Assembly: GCA_026415655.1 (NCBI GenBank)
Contig: JAOAGR010000004.1
Span: 43 to 64,042 of the forward strand
Reading direction: 5' to 3'
Length of the DNA stretch: 64,000 nucleotides
DNA from: Candidatus Dojkabacteria bacterium
Lineage (GTDB): Bacteria; Patescibacteriota; Dojkabacteria; JAOAGR01
The position numbers and the translations under genes are program-made. Position 1 is the first letter of the stretch; each line of letters starts with the position of its first letter. This document shows, piece after piece, positions 1 through 11,172 of this stretch. The notes below the pieces were generated by a model that had not been told where the DNA came from, searched no databases, and saw nothing but the letters and a program-made list of their open reading frames with translations.

Positions 1-2
1 AT

Positions 3-1268
3 ACAGATTTAATAACTGTATTCGAAGGCGTAGGAAAATATACTGCTAATAAAATATCAAAGGAAGAGTTGATAAAAATAACAGAAAAAGCTTGTCGCAC
101 GTGTGGTAGTTGTGCTGGCATGTTTACTGCCAATTCCATGAACTGTCTTGCTGAAGTATTGGGGCTTGCATTACCAGGTAACGGTACAATCCCAGCAGCA
201 GAATGGATTGATAAAGAAAAAGGTACATGGAGAATTAATCCTGAGAGGATAAAACTCTTTGAAAGGGCAGCTGATGCAATAGAATACATCATTCAAAATA
301 ATATTCGACCTAGAGACATAGTAACATACGAATCAATAGACAATGCAATAATCCTAGATCTGGCAATGGGTGGTTCTACAAATACAATATTGCACACCTT
401 AGCATTGGCTTACGAAGCGGGTATAGCTTATGATCTGAAAAGAATAAATGAATTAGCGGATCTTACCCCAAATGTATGCAAAGTTTCACCATCTAGACCT
501 GATGTACATGTCGAGGATGTTAATAGAGTTGGTGGATTAAAAACTATTCTCAAAGCCGTTCAAAAATCATCAAATTCTCCACTCCATCTACATTGCAAAA
601 ATGTAATAGGACAAGCGCTAGAAGAATATATATCAGATGCAAAAGATCCAGATGAGGATGTGGTAAGAAGTGGTAATAATGTATTTTCAAAAACAGGAGG
701 ACTTGCCATTTTATACGGTAATATTGCACCTGATGGTGCTGTTGTTAAGACAGCAGGAGTTGATGAAGACATGATGGTATTCGAAGGAACAGCAGTATGC
801 TTTGATTCACAAGAAGATGCATTGGATGCTATTCTGAAAAAACAAATTAAAGATGGTGATGTGGTAGTAATTAGGTACGAAGGGCCAAAAGGAGGGCCTG
901 CAATGCAAGAGATGTTATCCCCTACTTCTGCTCTTAAGGGACTAGGGGTTAGGGCTGCATTGATCACGGATGGAAGATTTTCAGGGGGAACTAGAGGACT
1001 CTGTGTAGGTCATATATCACCAGAAGCAGCATCTGGTGGACCTATAGCTATTATCAGAAATGGAGACAGAATAAAAATCGATGCATACAAAAGAACAATT
1101 GATCTATTGATATCAGAAGACGAATATGATGAAAGGATGAAGAATATACCTCAATTCAAACCTAAAGTAAAAAATGGATGGTTAGGCAGATATGCACAAC
1201 ATGTAATGAGTGCAAACTATGGTGCGGTCATGGATAATACTTTGGCAGCTCTAAATAGAGATAAATAG
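3..1268 (+). CDS. ilvD: Dihydroxy-acid dehydratase, 5'-truncated by the window edge
   Basis: [47 protein letters not shown] and GHISPEA motifs; frame is open back to position 3. Confidence 0.96.
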   Translation, partial: TDLITVFEGVGKYTANKISKEELIKITEKACRTCGSCAGMFTANSMNCLAEVLGLALPGNGTIPAAEWIDKEKGTWRINPERIKLFERAADAIEYIIQNNIRPRDIVTYESIDNAIILDLAMGGSTNTILHTLALAYEAGIAYDLKRINELADLTPNVCKVSPSRPDVHVEDVNRVGGLKTILKAVQKSSNSPLHLHCKNVIGQALEEYISDAKDPDEDVVRSGNNVFSKTGGLAILYGNIAPDGAVVKTAGVDEDMMVFEGTAVCFDSQEDALDAILKKQIKDGDVVVIRYEGPKGGPAMQEMLSPTSALKGLGVRAALITDGRFSGGTRGLCVGHISPEAASGGPIAIIRNGDRIKIDAYKRTIDLLISEDEYDERMKNIPQFKPKVKNGWLGRYAQHVMSANYGAVMDNTLAALNRDK

Positions 1269-1271
1269 AAG

Positions 1272-1898
1272 ATGAATTTACATCACTTTGTTCTTGGACC
1301 GCTGAGAAGTAATTGTTATATTTGTGAAAATAAAAATGGCTGTGTAATTATTGATCCCGGTGATGAGACTGATTTTTTATTGAATTTTATTTTGTCAAAT
1401 AGGTTAAATCCTGTTTGTATACTAGCAACACATGGACATTTTGATCATATTGGGGCCGTAGGAGAAATACAAATGTCATTTGATATACCTCTTTATATTA
1501 GTAGACAAGATGGATTTTTATTAAAAAGAGTCAATGATACAGCAAAGTATTTCTTAGGATATGATCCTTGTTTTCTTGAACCTAAAAACATAATTTTTCT
1601 TGATAATGAAAATCAAATTACAGTTGGCAATTTTGAATTTAGAATATTAACTGTACCTGGTCATACACCAGGATCTATTTTATATTTAGATCCTGCTGAA
1701 AAATATGCCTTTATTGGTGATACTATATTTGAAGATGGCATTGGTAGAACAGATTTCTCTTATAGTTCAGCAGAAGATATGTTAGACTCAATACAGAAAA
1801 TACTACAATTACCGGATAGTACTCTACTATATCCAGGTCACGGTGGTAGTTTTTATGTAAAAGATAAAAAACAATATGTCAAAAGAAGAATTGATTAA
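1272..1898 (+). CDS. MBL-fold metallo-hydrolase (glyoxalase II-like)
   Basis: THGHFDHIG, PGHTPG, GD and PGHG motifs. Confidence 0.92.
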   Translation: MNLHHFVLGPLRSNCYICENKNGCVIIDPGDETDFLLNFILSNRLNPVCILATHGHFDHIGAVGEIQMSFDIPLYISRQDGFLLKRVNDTAKYFLGYDPCFLEPKNIIFLDNENQITVGNFEFRILTVPGHTPGSILYLDPAEKYAFIGDTIFEDGIGRTDFSYSSAEDMLDSIQKILQLPDSTLLYPGHGGSFYVKDKKQYVKRRID

Positions 1899-3069
1899 AA
1901 AAGCACTGGAATATCATGAAAAGCCTAAACCTGGCAAATTGGGGACAAAGATTACAAAAGAAGTATCTAGAAAGGAAGATTTAGCTCTTGCTTATAGCCC
2001 CGGTGTTGCTTATCCTGTATTGGAGATAGCAAAAGACAATGAAAATGCCTATCGTTATACGAATAAAGGCAATCTAATAGCCGTAATATCAAACGGTACT
2101 GCGATTTTAGGTCTTGGCGATCTTGGCGCTCAGGCATCAAAGCCAGTTATGGAAGGTAAAGCAATGCTTTTCAAGTTATTTGCCGATATTGATGTGTACG
2201 ATATAGAAATTAATACAAAAGATCCTGATGAAATAATACGTACAGTCAAATTATTAGAACCAACCTTTGGCGGAATAAATCTAGAAGATATAAAAGCTCC
2301 TGAATGTTTTTATATCGAAGAAAAATTAAATGAGATAATGAATATACCTGTATTTCACGATGATCAGCATGGTACTGCCATCGTAGCAGGAGCCGGTCTC
2401 TTGAATGCATTAATCATCGCAAATAAAAAAATAGAAGAAGTAAAAATAGTGATAAATGGTGCTGGTGCTGCCGGTATCGCATGTGCAAGACATTTTGTAG
2501 ATATTGGTGCCAAAAAAGAAAACATTTTTCTATGTGATTCACAAGGAGTAGTGACAACAAATCGAACTGATAATATAAATAAATATAAACTCGAATTTGC
2601 ACAAGATACAAGTAAAACTACATTAGAAGAAATAATTGTCGATGCTGATGTATTTGTCGGTGTATCGGTAAAAGATGTCTTAACACCAGAAATGCTCAGA
2701 TCCATGGCTTCAAATCCAATAGTCTTTGCATTAGCAAATCCTGATCCTGAGATTAATTATGAACTAGCTAAATCTACAAGACCTGATGTGATTATCGCAA
2801 CAGGAAGATCAGATTATCCAAATCAGATCAATAATGTATTGGCTTTCCCATACATATTCCGCATTGCTCTAGATAGAAGATTAAAAAAGATTACAAAAGA
2901 ACTAAAAATAAAAATGTCCCACGTTTTAGCCGAATTAGCTCGCGAAGAAGTGCCAGACGAACTTAAAAAACTTTATCCAAATGAGAACCTAGTTTTTGGC
3001 AGAGATTATTTTGTGCCCAAAGTAATGGACAAGAGAATTATGAGTTTTATCAGAGGGAAACTTAATTAA
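1876..3069 (+). CDS. NAD(P)-dependent malic enzyme (MaeB-type ME domain with no PTA domain)
   Basis: LAYSPGVA, SKPVMEGKA, INLEDIKAPECF, FHDDQHGTAI, GAGAAG, ATGRSDYPNQINN. Confidence 0.93.
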   Translation: MSKEELIKKALEYHEKPKPGKLGTKITKEVSRKEDLALAYSPGVAYPVLEIAKDNENAYRYTNKGNLIAVISNGTAILGLGDLGAQASKPVMEGKAMLFKLFADIDVYDIEINTKDPDEIIRTVKLLEPTFGGINLEDIKAPECFYIEEKLNEIMNIPVFHDDQHGTAIVAGAGLLNALIIANKKIEEVKIVINGAGAAGIACARHFVDIGAKKENIFLCDSQGVVTTNRTDNINKYKLEFAQDTSKTTLEEIIVDADVFVGVSVKDVLTPEMLRSMASNPIVFALANPDPEINYELAKSTRPDVIIATGRSDYPNQINNVLAFPYIFRIALDRRLKKITKELKIKMSHVLAELAREEVPDELKKLYPNENLVFGRDYFVPKVMDKRIMSFIRGKLN

Positions 3070-3090
3070 AAATATAACAGAATATAAGAT

Positions 3091-3122
3091 AAATTCGGAC
3101 TTACAGTCCAAATTTTTATTTT
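3091..3122 (+). terminator. Possible intrinsic terminator after the malic enzyme gene
   Basis: Imperfect hairpin AAATTCGGAC-TTACA-GTCCAAATTT followed by a T-rich run. Confidence 0.4.
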
Positions 3123-3159
3123 GCGATATCCTTAAGTATCTTTGTTGTATAATATCACC

Positions 3160-4539
3160 ATGCAAAAAACCTACCAGCTCACTACATTTGGTTGTCAGAT
3201 GAATCTTTCTGATTCTGAACGTATAGCGGCAGTCTGCGAAATGATGGGATACAAACCAGTAAAGGACGATGAAATAGCTGATCTGTACATCATAAATACT
3301 TGCTCAGTCAGACAAAAGGCAGAAGATAGAGTTTTAGGCATGCATCATAAATTTGTTGAATTAAAGTCAAAAAAGAAAGACACAAAAGTAATTATTACTG
3401 GTTGCATGGTAAAAAGGGATATTAGACAGAATCCTGAAAAAAGTCAGAGATATCAAGAAAGTTACTATGAAGAACTTAAGACCAAGATGCCTTGGGCCGA
3501 TTTTTTTGTAGAGATTAATCAAATAAATAAATTACCTGAACTATTAAACGAACAAATAGAGATTAAAATTGATGAATACTTTGCGATAACACCTAAGTAC
3601 AATTCGAAATTCCAAGCATTTGTCCCAATCTCGACAGGTTGTGACAAATTTTGTACATTTTGTATAGTTCCTTTTACTCGCGGTAAAGAAGTTTATAGAG
3701 ATTATAATCAGATCTACAATGAAGTTTTGACATTGGTACAAAGCGGTGTAAAAGAAATCACATTATTAGGACAAAATGTTAATTCTTGGAAAAGTAGAAA
3801 AGAAGGCTTACTAGGAGTTCCGATACCTAAATTTCGTGGTAATATAGAAAAAGACTACTTGGACTTTGCTGATCTTATAGAAAATTTAGCACAAATTGAT
3901 GGAGACTTTTGGCTTAGATTTACTAGTGCTCATCCTTATGATATCAATCCCAGACTTATAGATGTCGTCGCCAATGAAAAGAATATAGCTAAGCAATTTC
4001 ACTTTGCGCTACAATCCGGATCAAATTCGGTTCTAAGAAGAATGAATAGATACTATACTGCTGAAGAATTTGAAGAAAAAGTAAATCTCATTAAGGAAAA
4101 AATTCCAGGAGTAGCTATAACTACGGACGTGATTGTTGGATTTTGTGGTGAAACTGAAGAAGAATTTTTAGATACTGTAAAATTGTGTGAGAGAATTCAG
4201 TTTGATCAGATTTATATATCTGAGTATTCACAACGTAGTGGGACAATTGCGGCGAAATTTTATAAAGACGATATTCCTCACGAAGTGAAAGAAAAAAGAA
4301 AACAGATTTTAGAAGAAGTTTTGAAAAACGGATTAAAAGAGAAAAATAAAAAACTAATTAACACCAAACAAAAAGCATTAGTTTATAAAACAGAGCGTAA
4401 AACAAAAAATCTAATTGCGCGCACAACTCACGGCAAAGATGTAGAAATCACAAATTCACAAAATAAAGAATATATAGGTCAATTCGTCTATGTTGATATA
4501 AAAGATGCACTAGAGTTTAGACTTTTTGGTGAAATATAA
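3160..4539 (+). CDS. miaB: tRNA-2-methylthio-N6-dimethylallyladenosine synthase (radical SAM methylthiotransferase)
   Basis: TFGCQMN, NTCSVR, GCDKFCTFCIVP, C-terminal TRAM-like region; start moved to ATG 3160 (TATAAT-N6-ATG). Confidence 0.92.
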   Translation: MQKTYQLTTFGCQMNLSDSERIAAVCEMMGYKPVKDDEIADLYIINTCSVRQKAEDRVLGMHHKFVELKSKKKDTKVIITGCMVKRDIRQNPEKSQRYQESYYEELKTKMPWADFFVEINQINKLPELLNEQIEIKIDEYFAITPKYNSKFQAFVPISTGCDKFCTFCIVPFTRGKEVYRDYNQIYNEVLTLVQSGVKEITLLGQNVNSWKSRKEGLLGVPIPKFRGNIEKDYLDFADLIENLAQIDGDFWLRFTSAHPYDINPRLIDVVANEKNIAKQFHFALQSGSNSVLRRMNRYYTAEEFEEKVNLIKEKIPGVAITTDVIVGFCGETEEEFLDTVKLCERIQFDQIYISEYSQRSGTIAAKFYKDDIPHEVKEKRKQILEEVLKNGLKEKNKKLINTKQKALVYKTERKTKNLIARTTHGKDVEITNSQNKEYIGQFVYVDIKDALEFRLFGEI

Positions 4540-4545
4540 AATATT

Positions 4546-6105
4546 TTAATTACCAAATCCAAGTTTTACTTTTTTATAACAGACTATTTGATCACCTTCC
4601 TCAATATCAAATTTATCACCTAGTTGTATACCACACTCATGTCCACTTGTTACCTCTTTAACTTCATTTTTATACTGTTTTAATGAAACAATTTTTGATT
4701 CTGCAAGTCTTTCCTCACCTTTTTTGATATACACCTGATAACCCTTTATGATTTTTCCTTCGCTAACTACACATCCACATATCTGCTCACCATCCGATAG
4801 AATGAAAATCTTTTTAATGGTGGCAATACCAATAATTTCTTCCTCAAAAGATGGTGCAATAAGACTTATTAATGCCCCTTCTACATCATCTACCAACTCA
4901 TAAATGATTTTATACTCTCGAACAAATACTCCTTGATTGTCAGCTACAGTCTGTAATTTCTTATCAATACCAACATTGAAAGTAAGAATAAAAGCTTTTT
5001 TTATCTCAGCTTGATCTATATCAGACTGAGTCAAAATCCCTGTCTTAGCTAAAACAATATTTATCTTCGTACCCGGTACATCAATCTTTGATAATGAATG
5101 TTTGATAGCTTCGACAGAACTTTGAGTGTCTGCGATGATTATCAAATTTAACTCTTTTATCTCTTGTTTTTCTTGCTGTTCTAAAAATAATTCAGCTAGA
5201 ATTTTTTTATTTAACGAGCTTGTAGGTGTATTAGTTGAAGCTTTTTCTTCTTTTTCATCAATAAGATATTTTTTAGCGACTTTATCACTATCAAATACAT
5301 AGATTTTTGAACCAACGTCCAATACATCATCCAGTCCAACAATGCTTATAGGCTGAGAATCAAACGCTAGGTTGGTCTGTTTACCCGTATCATCTATAAG
5401 GGATCGAACTTTTCCAAATTTGGATCTACAAACAACAAAACTACCTATTTTTATATTTCCACCAGTTATTATGACAGTAGCTGTAGGACCTCGAAATTTA
5501 TCAACAGTAGACTCAAGTACAAATCCCTCACCGATAGAATCTTTGTTTTCAATTTCTCTTGGCTTATGCATCTCATAATACTCAGCAATGAAATTTATCA
5601 TCTCTAAATATTTATCAATATTTATACCTTGTTTAGCACTTATTGTGACAAATGGAATATCCCCTCCATAACCCTCTAGAAGTACTCCATTTTCTGCTAA
5701 TTGTCTTTTTACCCTCTCAATGTCAGCACCTGGCAAATCAATTTTATTTATAACTACAAGTAAGGGTAAATTTGACCTTTTCCAAATATCAATTACCTCT
5801 TTTGTCTGGGGCATAACACTGTCATCTGCCGCTACGATAAGTGTTAAAATATCATTTATTTGAGAACCCCGTTTTCTTATGTTTAAAAATGCTTCATGAC
5901 CTGGTGTATCAATAAAAGTAATAGGCTTTCCCTCATACGTGACTTGGTAAGCTCTAACATGCTGAGTAATACCACCAAATTCTTTATCTACGATATTCGT
6001 ACCTCTTATTTTATCAAGCAAGGTAGTTTTACCATGATCGACATGCCCCATTATGGTTACGATGGGCGCCCTCATCTGAACATTATTGGATTGAGAAACT
6101 TTCAT
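4546..6105 (-). CDS. infB: Translation initiation factor IF-2, short form lacking the N-terminal domains
   Basis: MGHVDHGKTTLLD, GGITQH, DTPGHEAF, NKID, ECGI motifs. Confidence 0.96.
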   Translation of the reverse strand: MKVSQSNNVQMRAPIVTIMGHVDHGKTTLLDKIRGTNIVDKEFGGITQHVRAYQVTYEGKPITFIDTPGHEAFLNIRKRGSQINDILTLIVAADDSVMPQTKEVIDIWKRSNLPLLVVINKIDLPGADIERVKRQLAENGVLLEGYGGDIPFVTISAKQGINIDKYLEMINFIAEYYEMHKPREIENKDSIGEGFVLESTVDKFRGPTATVIITGGNIKIGSFVVCRSKFGKVRSLIDDTGKQTNLAFDSQPISIVGLDDVLDVGSKIYVFDSDKVAKKYLIDEKEEKASTNTPTSSLNKKILAELFLEQQEKQEIKELNLIIIADTQSSVEAIKHSLSKIDVPGTKINIVLAKTGILTQSDIDQAEIKKAFILTFNVGIDKKLQTVADNQGVFVREYKIIYELVDDVEGALISLIAPSFEEEIIGIATIKKIFILSDGEQICGCVVSEGKIIKGYQVYIKKGEERLAESKIVSLKQYKNEVKEVTSGHECGIQLGDKFDIEEGDQIVCYKKVKLGFGN

Positions 6106-6140
6106 AACTGGCTTATTTTAATACAAAAAGCCAGATTATG
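6103..6140 (-). promoter_or_regulatory. Stem-loop sequestering the infB start codon
   Basis: On the minus strand CATAA-T-CTGGCTT pairs with AAGCCAG-TTATG, and that ATG is the infB start. Confidence 0.5.
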
Positions 6141-6144
6141 CTAA

Positions 6145-7671
6145 TTATTTAGCTACAGATGTAGCTCTAACCTCACGAATAACTGTGACTTTAATAGTAC
6201 CAGGATATGTCATGCTCTTTTCAATATCTTCTGCAATTTTCTGTGATAAAAATACAGTACCATCATCACTCATTATTACAGGATCTATAAATACTCTGAT
6301 CTCTCTACCTGCATCAACTGCATATGCCTCCTTCACCTCTGGATACTTTTTCGCAATCTCTTCCATAGCTTTTATTCTTTTTACATAATCTTCATCAGTA
6401 CCATATCTAGCACCTGGTCTAGCACCCGAATTAGCATCAGCAATATAAATAATAGCTGACTCCATACATATTGGATCCTTTGCCATATGATGAGCATACA
6501 TGGCATTGATTACCTCTGGTTTGAGCTTAAGCTTAATACCAAGTTCCTCACCTAATTGCATGTGGTCACCGTCTTTTTCATGTGTGACGACTTTTCCTAT
6601 ATCATGCCACAATGCACATTCTTTAGCTAGATTTATATCTAATCCTAACTCTGCAGCTATTTTTGCCGCGATATTTACAACCTCCAATGTATGAGTAGCA
6701 AGACATTGACCGTAAGAAAATCTATATCGCATCCTGCCTAAGTATTTTAGCTGTTCTAATGATAAGTTATTGAAACCTGCTTGAGCTGCAATCTCTTCCC
6801 CATCCTTGATTATTTGTTTTGCAAAATCTATTCTTGCTTTTTCTACCGCTTCTTCTATCTTTGCGGGATTTATTCTTCCATCTTTTATCAATCTTTCTAA
6901 CGCAAGCTTAGCAATTTCCCTGCGCATAGGATCAAAACATGACAAGACTATATATTCATCAGATTCATCCATAACTAAATCAACACCAGTAATTTTTTGG
7001 AAAGTCTTTATATTTCTTCCTTCTTTACCAATTATTTTGCCCTTTACCTCTTCACCACCAACTTTAAATACAGATGTCGAATACTCACCAACAAAGTCAG
7101 TAGCACTTGATGTTATAGCACTAATAAGTATTTCTTGAGTCAATGTCTGCGATTCTCTTTCTAATTTTTCTCTATATTTTCTTATCTCATCTGCAAATTG
7201 TTTCTCTAACTTCTTTTCTAAATTACTCATTAACAAATTTTTTGCCTCTTGCTCTGAAAGTTTTGCTATCTCCTCTAGTTTTTTATTTATTTGTTCTCTC
7301 TCTTTTTCTAGACTTTGTTTTATAGAATCAATCTCTGTTTCTTTTTGAGAAATATATAGTTCTTTCTGATTTAAAGTTTTTGTTCTGTTCTCCAATAGTT
7401 TTTCTCGTTCTTCAATACTTTTTTCGGCTTCTAATATTGATTTTCGTTTTTTGTTTAATTCTTGTTCTGTACTAAACAGAAGCTCTTTGGCCTTTTCTTC
7501 TGCTTCTTTTATTTTTTTTCTAGATTCTTCATCTAAAAGCTTCTTTTTATCTTCATCAGATAGATTTTCAAGTTTATTTTTAAGAGTATTTACGTTGTTT
7601 TGTAATTCATTGTTTCTAAAATACAAAAATACTAATGCACCGACTAAAATTACAATAATTATTGTTTCCAT
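6145..7671 (-). CDS. rny: Ribonuclease Y
   Basis: N-terminal TM, coiled coil, KH domain (GKIIGKEGRNI), HD domain (WHDIGK), C-terminal YPGTIKVTVIRE. Confidence 0.96.
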   Translation of the reverse strand: METIIIVILVGALVFLYFRNNELQNNVNTLKNKLENLSDEDKKKLLDEESRKKIKEAEEKAKELLFSTEQELNKKRKSILEAEKSIEEREKLLENRTKTLNQKELYISQKETEIDSIKQSLEKEREQINKKLEEIAKLSEQEAKNLLMSNLEKKLEKQFADEIRKYREKLERESQTLTQEILISAITSSATDFVGEYSTSVFKVGGEEVKGKIIGKEGRNIKTFQKITGVDLVMDESDEYIVLSCFDPMRREIAKLALERLIKDGRINPAKIEEAVEKARIDFAKQIIKDGEEIAAQAGFNNLSLEQLKYLGRMRYRFSYGQCLATHTLEVVNIAAKIAAELGLDINLAKECALWHDIGKVVTHEKDGDHMQLGEELGIKLKLKPEVINAMYAHHMAKDPICMESAIIYIADANSGARPGARYGTDEDYVKRIKAMEEIAKKYPEVKEAYAVDAGREIRVFIDPVIMSDDGTVFLSQKIAEDIEKSMTYPGTIKVTVIREVRATSVAK

Positions 7672-7709
7672 AAATTATAATTTTAATAATTAACAAACTA
7701 AATTATACA

Positions 7710-8234
7710 TCATCGAGGTAAAGTTAGAATCCTCACAATATTACTAAAATCTGGTAGCTGTGCTATTCCAAAAAGAAAAACAAATGATAAAAATGTCATA
7801 CTAAATTGTATAGCAATCCCCCAAAAAGATTTATCCTCATACTTGATGCCTGCGAAAAAATCAGCAATTTGTCTTGGTAGTGTACCTTTAGGTATATATT
7901 GTCTGAAAATATTAAAAAACACCCATATGACTAATGTAACAACTGATGCCAAAAAACTAAAAAAACTAATAGTAATTTGTTTATTAAAGAGAAAAAATCC
8001 TTTTGGATCAGAAAATACAAGAAACAAAAGCAAAACTAGATATATACTCCCCAATATCAGGTCAAAAAGTCTAAAGTAAGTAATTAAGATACTTTCAAAA
8101 TTTTTTGGATCCCAGTGAGGAATAAGTTCAATAATAAAGTAAGAAATAATGGTACCCAAAACAATCGTAAAAATATTAGGTTCCATTAGAGTTGCTATAT
8201 AACTTATAGTTACTAGATGAGGTGTCAATAACAT
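7710..8234 (-). CDS. Hypothetical integral membrane protein
   Basis: About four hydrophobic segments, MLLTPH and IPHWD motifs; start placed at ATG 8234 (TATAAT-N6-ATG). Confidence 0.65.
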   Translation of the reverse strand: MLLTPHLVTISYIATLMEPNIFTIVLGTIISYFIIELIPHWDPKNFESILITYFRLFDLILGSIYLVLLLFLVFSDPKGFFLFNKQITISFFSFLASVVTLVIWVFFNIFRQYIPKGTLPRQIADFFAGIKYEDKSFWGIAIQFSMTFLSFVFLFGIAQLPDFSNIVRILTLPR

Positions 8235-8298
8235 AGATTGATTATACATTAAAAATAGCTTGTAATTTTGTATGTTGAAAATATTTATTATTAATCTG

Positions 8299-9402
8299 AT
8301 GGAAATATTGTATATTTATATTATTAAAAAAATACTTTTTCTATTTGATCCTGAAAAAGTTCATGATAGTTTTATAAAATTTGGAAGATATATCGGTGAA
8401 ATGCAAATACTAAGATTTTTTTTCGGTCTGTTATTTTGTAATGATGATAACGACATAATCAGACAAGAAATAAAAAATATTACCTTTTTATCCCCAATAG
8501 GACTTGCAGCTGGTTTTGATAAAAATGCTGATCTTATAAATATAATACCTTGTTTGGGTTTTGGACATGGTGAGTTTGGCTCTGTGACCAGACACGCTTA
8601 TGAAGGTAATCCCTATCCGAGGTTGAAGAGATTTCCAGAGATAAAATCGATATGGGTAAATTATGGCCTCAAAAACATAGGTGTAGATAAAATAATAAAA
8701 AGATTTGAAAAAGTTAAATCCAAGAGATTTATCTATGGTGTTTCCATTGCAAAAACAAATTCGCCCGATACCTGCGACGAAAATAATGCCATAGAAGACT
8801 ATATCTACTCATACAGTCTAGCTAATGAAAATCCAAATATTCAATATATTACAATTAATATTTCCTGTCCGAATGCATTTGGTGGTGAGCCATTCACTAC
8901 TCCGGAAAGACTAGAAAAACTTCTTTCTGCTTTAGAAAAGATAGAAAAGAAAAAACTAGTTTTTATTAAAATGCCAATAACTATTACTAATTCAGAATTT
9001 GAAAAACTTCTTGATGTTATAAATAGGTATCATATTGATGGTGTAATAATTGGAAATTTACAAAAAGACAAATCATTTCTACAAAACATTACGTCTGATG
9101 AAACTATTATCTCTAAAGGAGGATTAAGCGGAAAGCCCACTTTTGAAAGATCAAATGAACTCATTTCTCTGACATACAGAAAATACAGAGATAAACTAAT
9201 AATCATCGGTTGCGGTGGTGTTTTTTCTGCCGAGGATGCCTATGAAAAGATCAAATGTGGAGCAAGTTTGATACAGATGATCACAGGTATGATATACAAT
9301 GGTCCCACAACCATAGCGAAAATACATCATAACCTAAAAAAGCTAATTCAAAAGGATGGATATACTAGTATAACAGAAGCTATTGGCACTTATCATAGAT
9401 GA
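8299..9402 (+). CDS. pyrD: Quinone-dependent (class 2) dihydroorotate dehydrogenase
   Basis: DPEKVH, PIGLAAGFDKN, INISCPN, GGLSG, IIGCGGVFS, GASLIQ. Confidence 0.93.
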   Translation: MEILYIYIIKKILFLFDPEKVHDSFIKFGRYIGEMQILRFFFGLLFCNDDNDIIRQEIKNITFLSPIGLAAGFDKNADLINIIPCLGFGHGEFGSVTRHAYEGNPYPRLKRFPEIKSIWVNYGLKNIGVDKIIKRFEKVKSKRFIYGVSIAKTNSPDTCDENNAIEDYIYSYSLANENPNIQYITINISCPNAFGGEPFTTPERLEKLLSALEKIEKKKLVFIKMPITITNSEFEKLLDVINRYHIDGVIIGNLQKDKSFLQNITSDETIISKGGLSGKPTFERSNELISLTYRKYRDKLIIIGCGGVFSAEDAYEKIKCGASLIQMITGMIYNGPTTIAKIHHNLKKLIQKDGYTSITEAIGTYHR

Positions 9403-9444
9403 AAATTCTTGAATAAATAAATTTCATATTGTATTATTAACCAT

Positions 9445-9520
9445 TCGAGAGTAGCTCAGCCGGTAGAGCAAGCGGCTGTTAACCGCTGGGTCGTGGGTTC
9501 GAGTCCCACCTCTCGAGCCA
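9445..9520 (+). tRNA. tRNA-Asn(GTT)
   Basis: Cloverleaf: TCGAGAG/CTCTCGA acceptor, AGCGG-CTGTTAA-CCGCT anticodon arm, TTCGAGT T-loop, encoded CCA. Confidence 0.97.
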
Positions 9521-9585
9521 TGTAAATTTTTCGAGCTGTGTTAAATTTATATCAATGTCCATAAAGATTTTTATGTGTTTTTAGT

Positions 9586-10245
9586 TTATATATTTTTAAG
9601 TTGATTTACTCGAAAGTTTTTATTGGTAAAATAAAATGAAGTTTCCTTGATTATTTCTTGATTTAGTTGATAAAGACCGTTTTCAGTAATTCTCTCGAAT
9701 ATTTTTATATCCCACAAATAAATATTAGAATATTCAGTCTCTTTTCTAACCTGCATAATCAAATAATTGTTATCAAATTCAACAAAATATGGGGGTCTTT
9801 TTGTCATTTGATCGAGTTTGTTTAGAGTATGCATATCAAAAATAAAAATACCACTACTTTCTAAATGACTAGAGACACTTTTAAATGTACCCTCCCATCC
9901 ACTCAAATCTAGTACATGATTAATAGAATCATAAAAACAGTAAATAACACCATATCTTGTATTTATAGGAAAATTTGCCATATCCTGATGATAAAAATTT
10001 ATTTTTGGCATTTTTGCCCTTGCCATAGCAAGCATACTTTCCGATATATCTAATCCTTCAACTTCATAATTATCTTTAATACTCTGTAAAATATTTCCAG
10101 TACCACAGGCTATCTCTAAAATTTTTCTTGCATTAGACTTATATTTATCAATATAATGATTCGATATTTTAGTAAAAAATTGATGATTAGATTCTAAACT
10201 ATCATAAAATCTCTAATAAATAGAATATGGGTCATTTTTAGTCAT
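9586..10245 (-). pseudogene. Class I SAM-dependent methyltransferase with in-frame TAG at codon 11 (10213-10215); C-terminus looks truncated
   Basis: Upstream of the 149-aa ORF the same frame reads MTKNDPYSIY*RFYD...ILEIACGTG...GLDISESMLAMAR (SAM motifs I/II). Confidence 0.85.
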
Positions 10246-10281
10246 GGATCAGTTATAACATTTGCAAACTTAAAAAACAAA

Positions 10282-10684
10282 ATTGAATTGATCTTAATAA
10301 AAAGATAATATTTTATATCATGAATAGTATCCAGTACAAAGTAATAAAAGCATTCCCGATTATAATGTTTGTAATTATTAACATAATCTTAATAACACTA
10401 GTTTCTATACTAGGTTATTATTACTTTACAAATAATCGACAAACAAATAATCAAAACTTAAGTAAGCCCTCCCCTACTACTACTCCTAGTGAAAATGTAA
10501 TCATTGATAATGATCTAGCCGATGAACTATTTAGAGGAAATAATACGCAAACCGATACACCAACGCCTACATCAACAACAACTCCATCACCAACTCAATC
10601 ACCAAGTTCCAGTCCCTCACTTACAGTCACAAATACCACAATAACCAACACTCCACAACGTCAAACACAGTCCCCACTTCTATC
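10282..10684 (+). repeat. Direct repeat copy 1 (about 400 bp; upstream region plus 5' end of a membrane-anchored protein gene)
   Basis: Near-identical to 18219-18621; the two copies flank the Type III R-M cassette. Confidence 0.93.
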
Positions 10685-10934
10685 GATAACTTTAACTGAT
10701 CAAAACAAAATCAATGAAATTCAAACAATCCATTTTCCCGACGAAGTAAAATGGACGCACATTGAGAAGCTGGTTAAATCAAGAGCCTATTCATTAGGTT
10801 TTAATGATAAATTCAGTTATTATTCGCAATTAAAAGTTACTCAATGTAATACCTGTCTAGATCGATACAGGTCTTTTAATTGGTCCGATCTAGAAGAGAT
10901 GATAAGAGTCGGTATTTTAAAGAAAGCTTTTTAA
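10320..10934 (+). CDS. Membrane-anchored protein with Thr/Pro linker; truncated or degenerate paralog of 18256-19533
   Basis: First ~120 aa almost identical to 18256; frameshifted remnants (LIIKP, KCYNY) downstream resemble the paralog's LTIKP...CYD. Confidence 0.7.
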   Translation: MNSIQYKVIKAFPIIMFVIINIILITLVSILGYYYFTNNRQTNNQNLSKPSPTTTPSENVIIDNDLADELFRGNNTQTDTPTPTSTTTPSPTQSPSSSPSLTVTNTTITNTPQRQTQSPLLSITLTDQNKINEIQTIHFPDEVKWTHIEKLVKSRAYSLGFNDKFSYYSQLKVTQCNTCLDRYRSFNWSDLEEMIRVGILKKAF

Positions 10935-11172
10935 TAATCAAATCTTGATTTTATTACAGGGCATCTATTATCTGACTCCTCAATATAAGTTTAGATATTA
11001 CTCAAAATAACACTGACTTAATTATTAAACCTATCCTGCAATCTCAACAAATTTAAAATGCTACAATTATGAACTAGCCAGTAAATCCGAGAATATTTCT
11101 GATTATCCTTCTTATAGAGAATAAATCTCATTGATCGTTCTAGAATGATATAATGAAAAATATTATTGTTTT

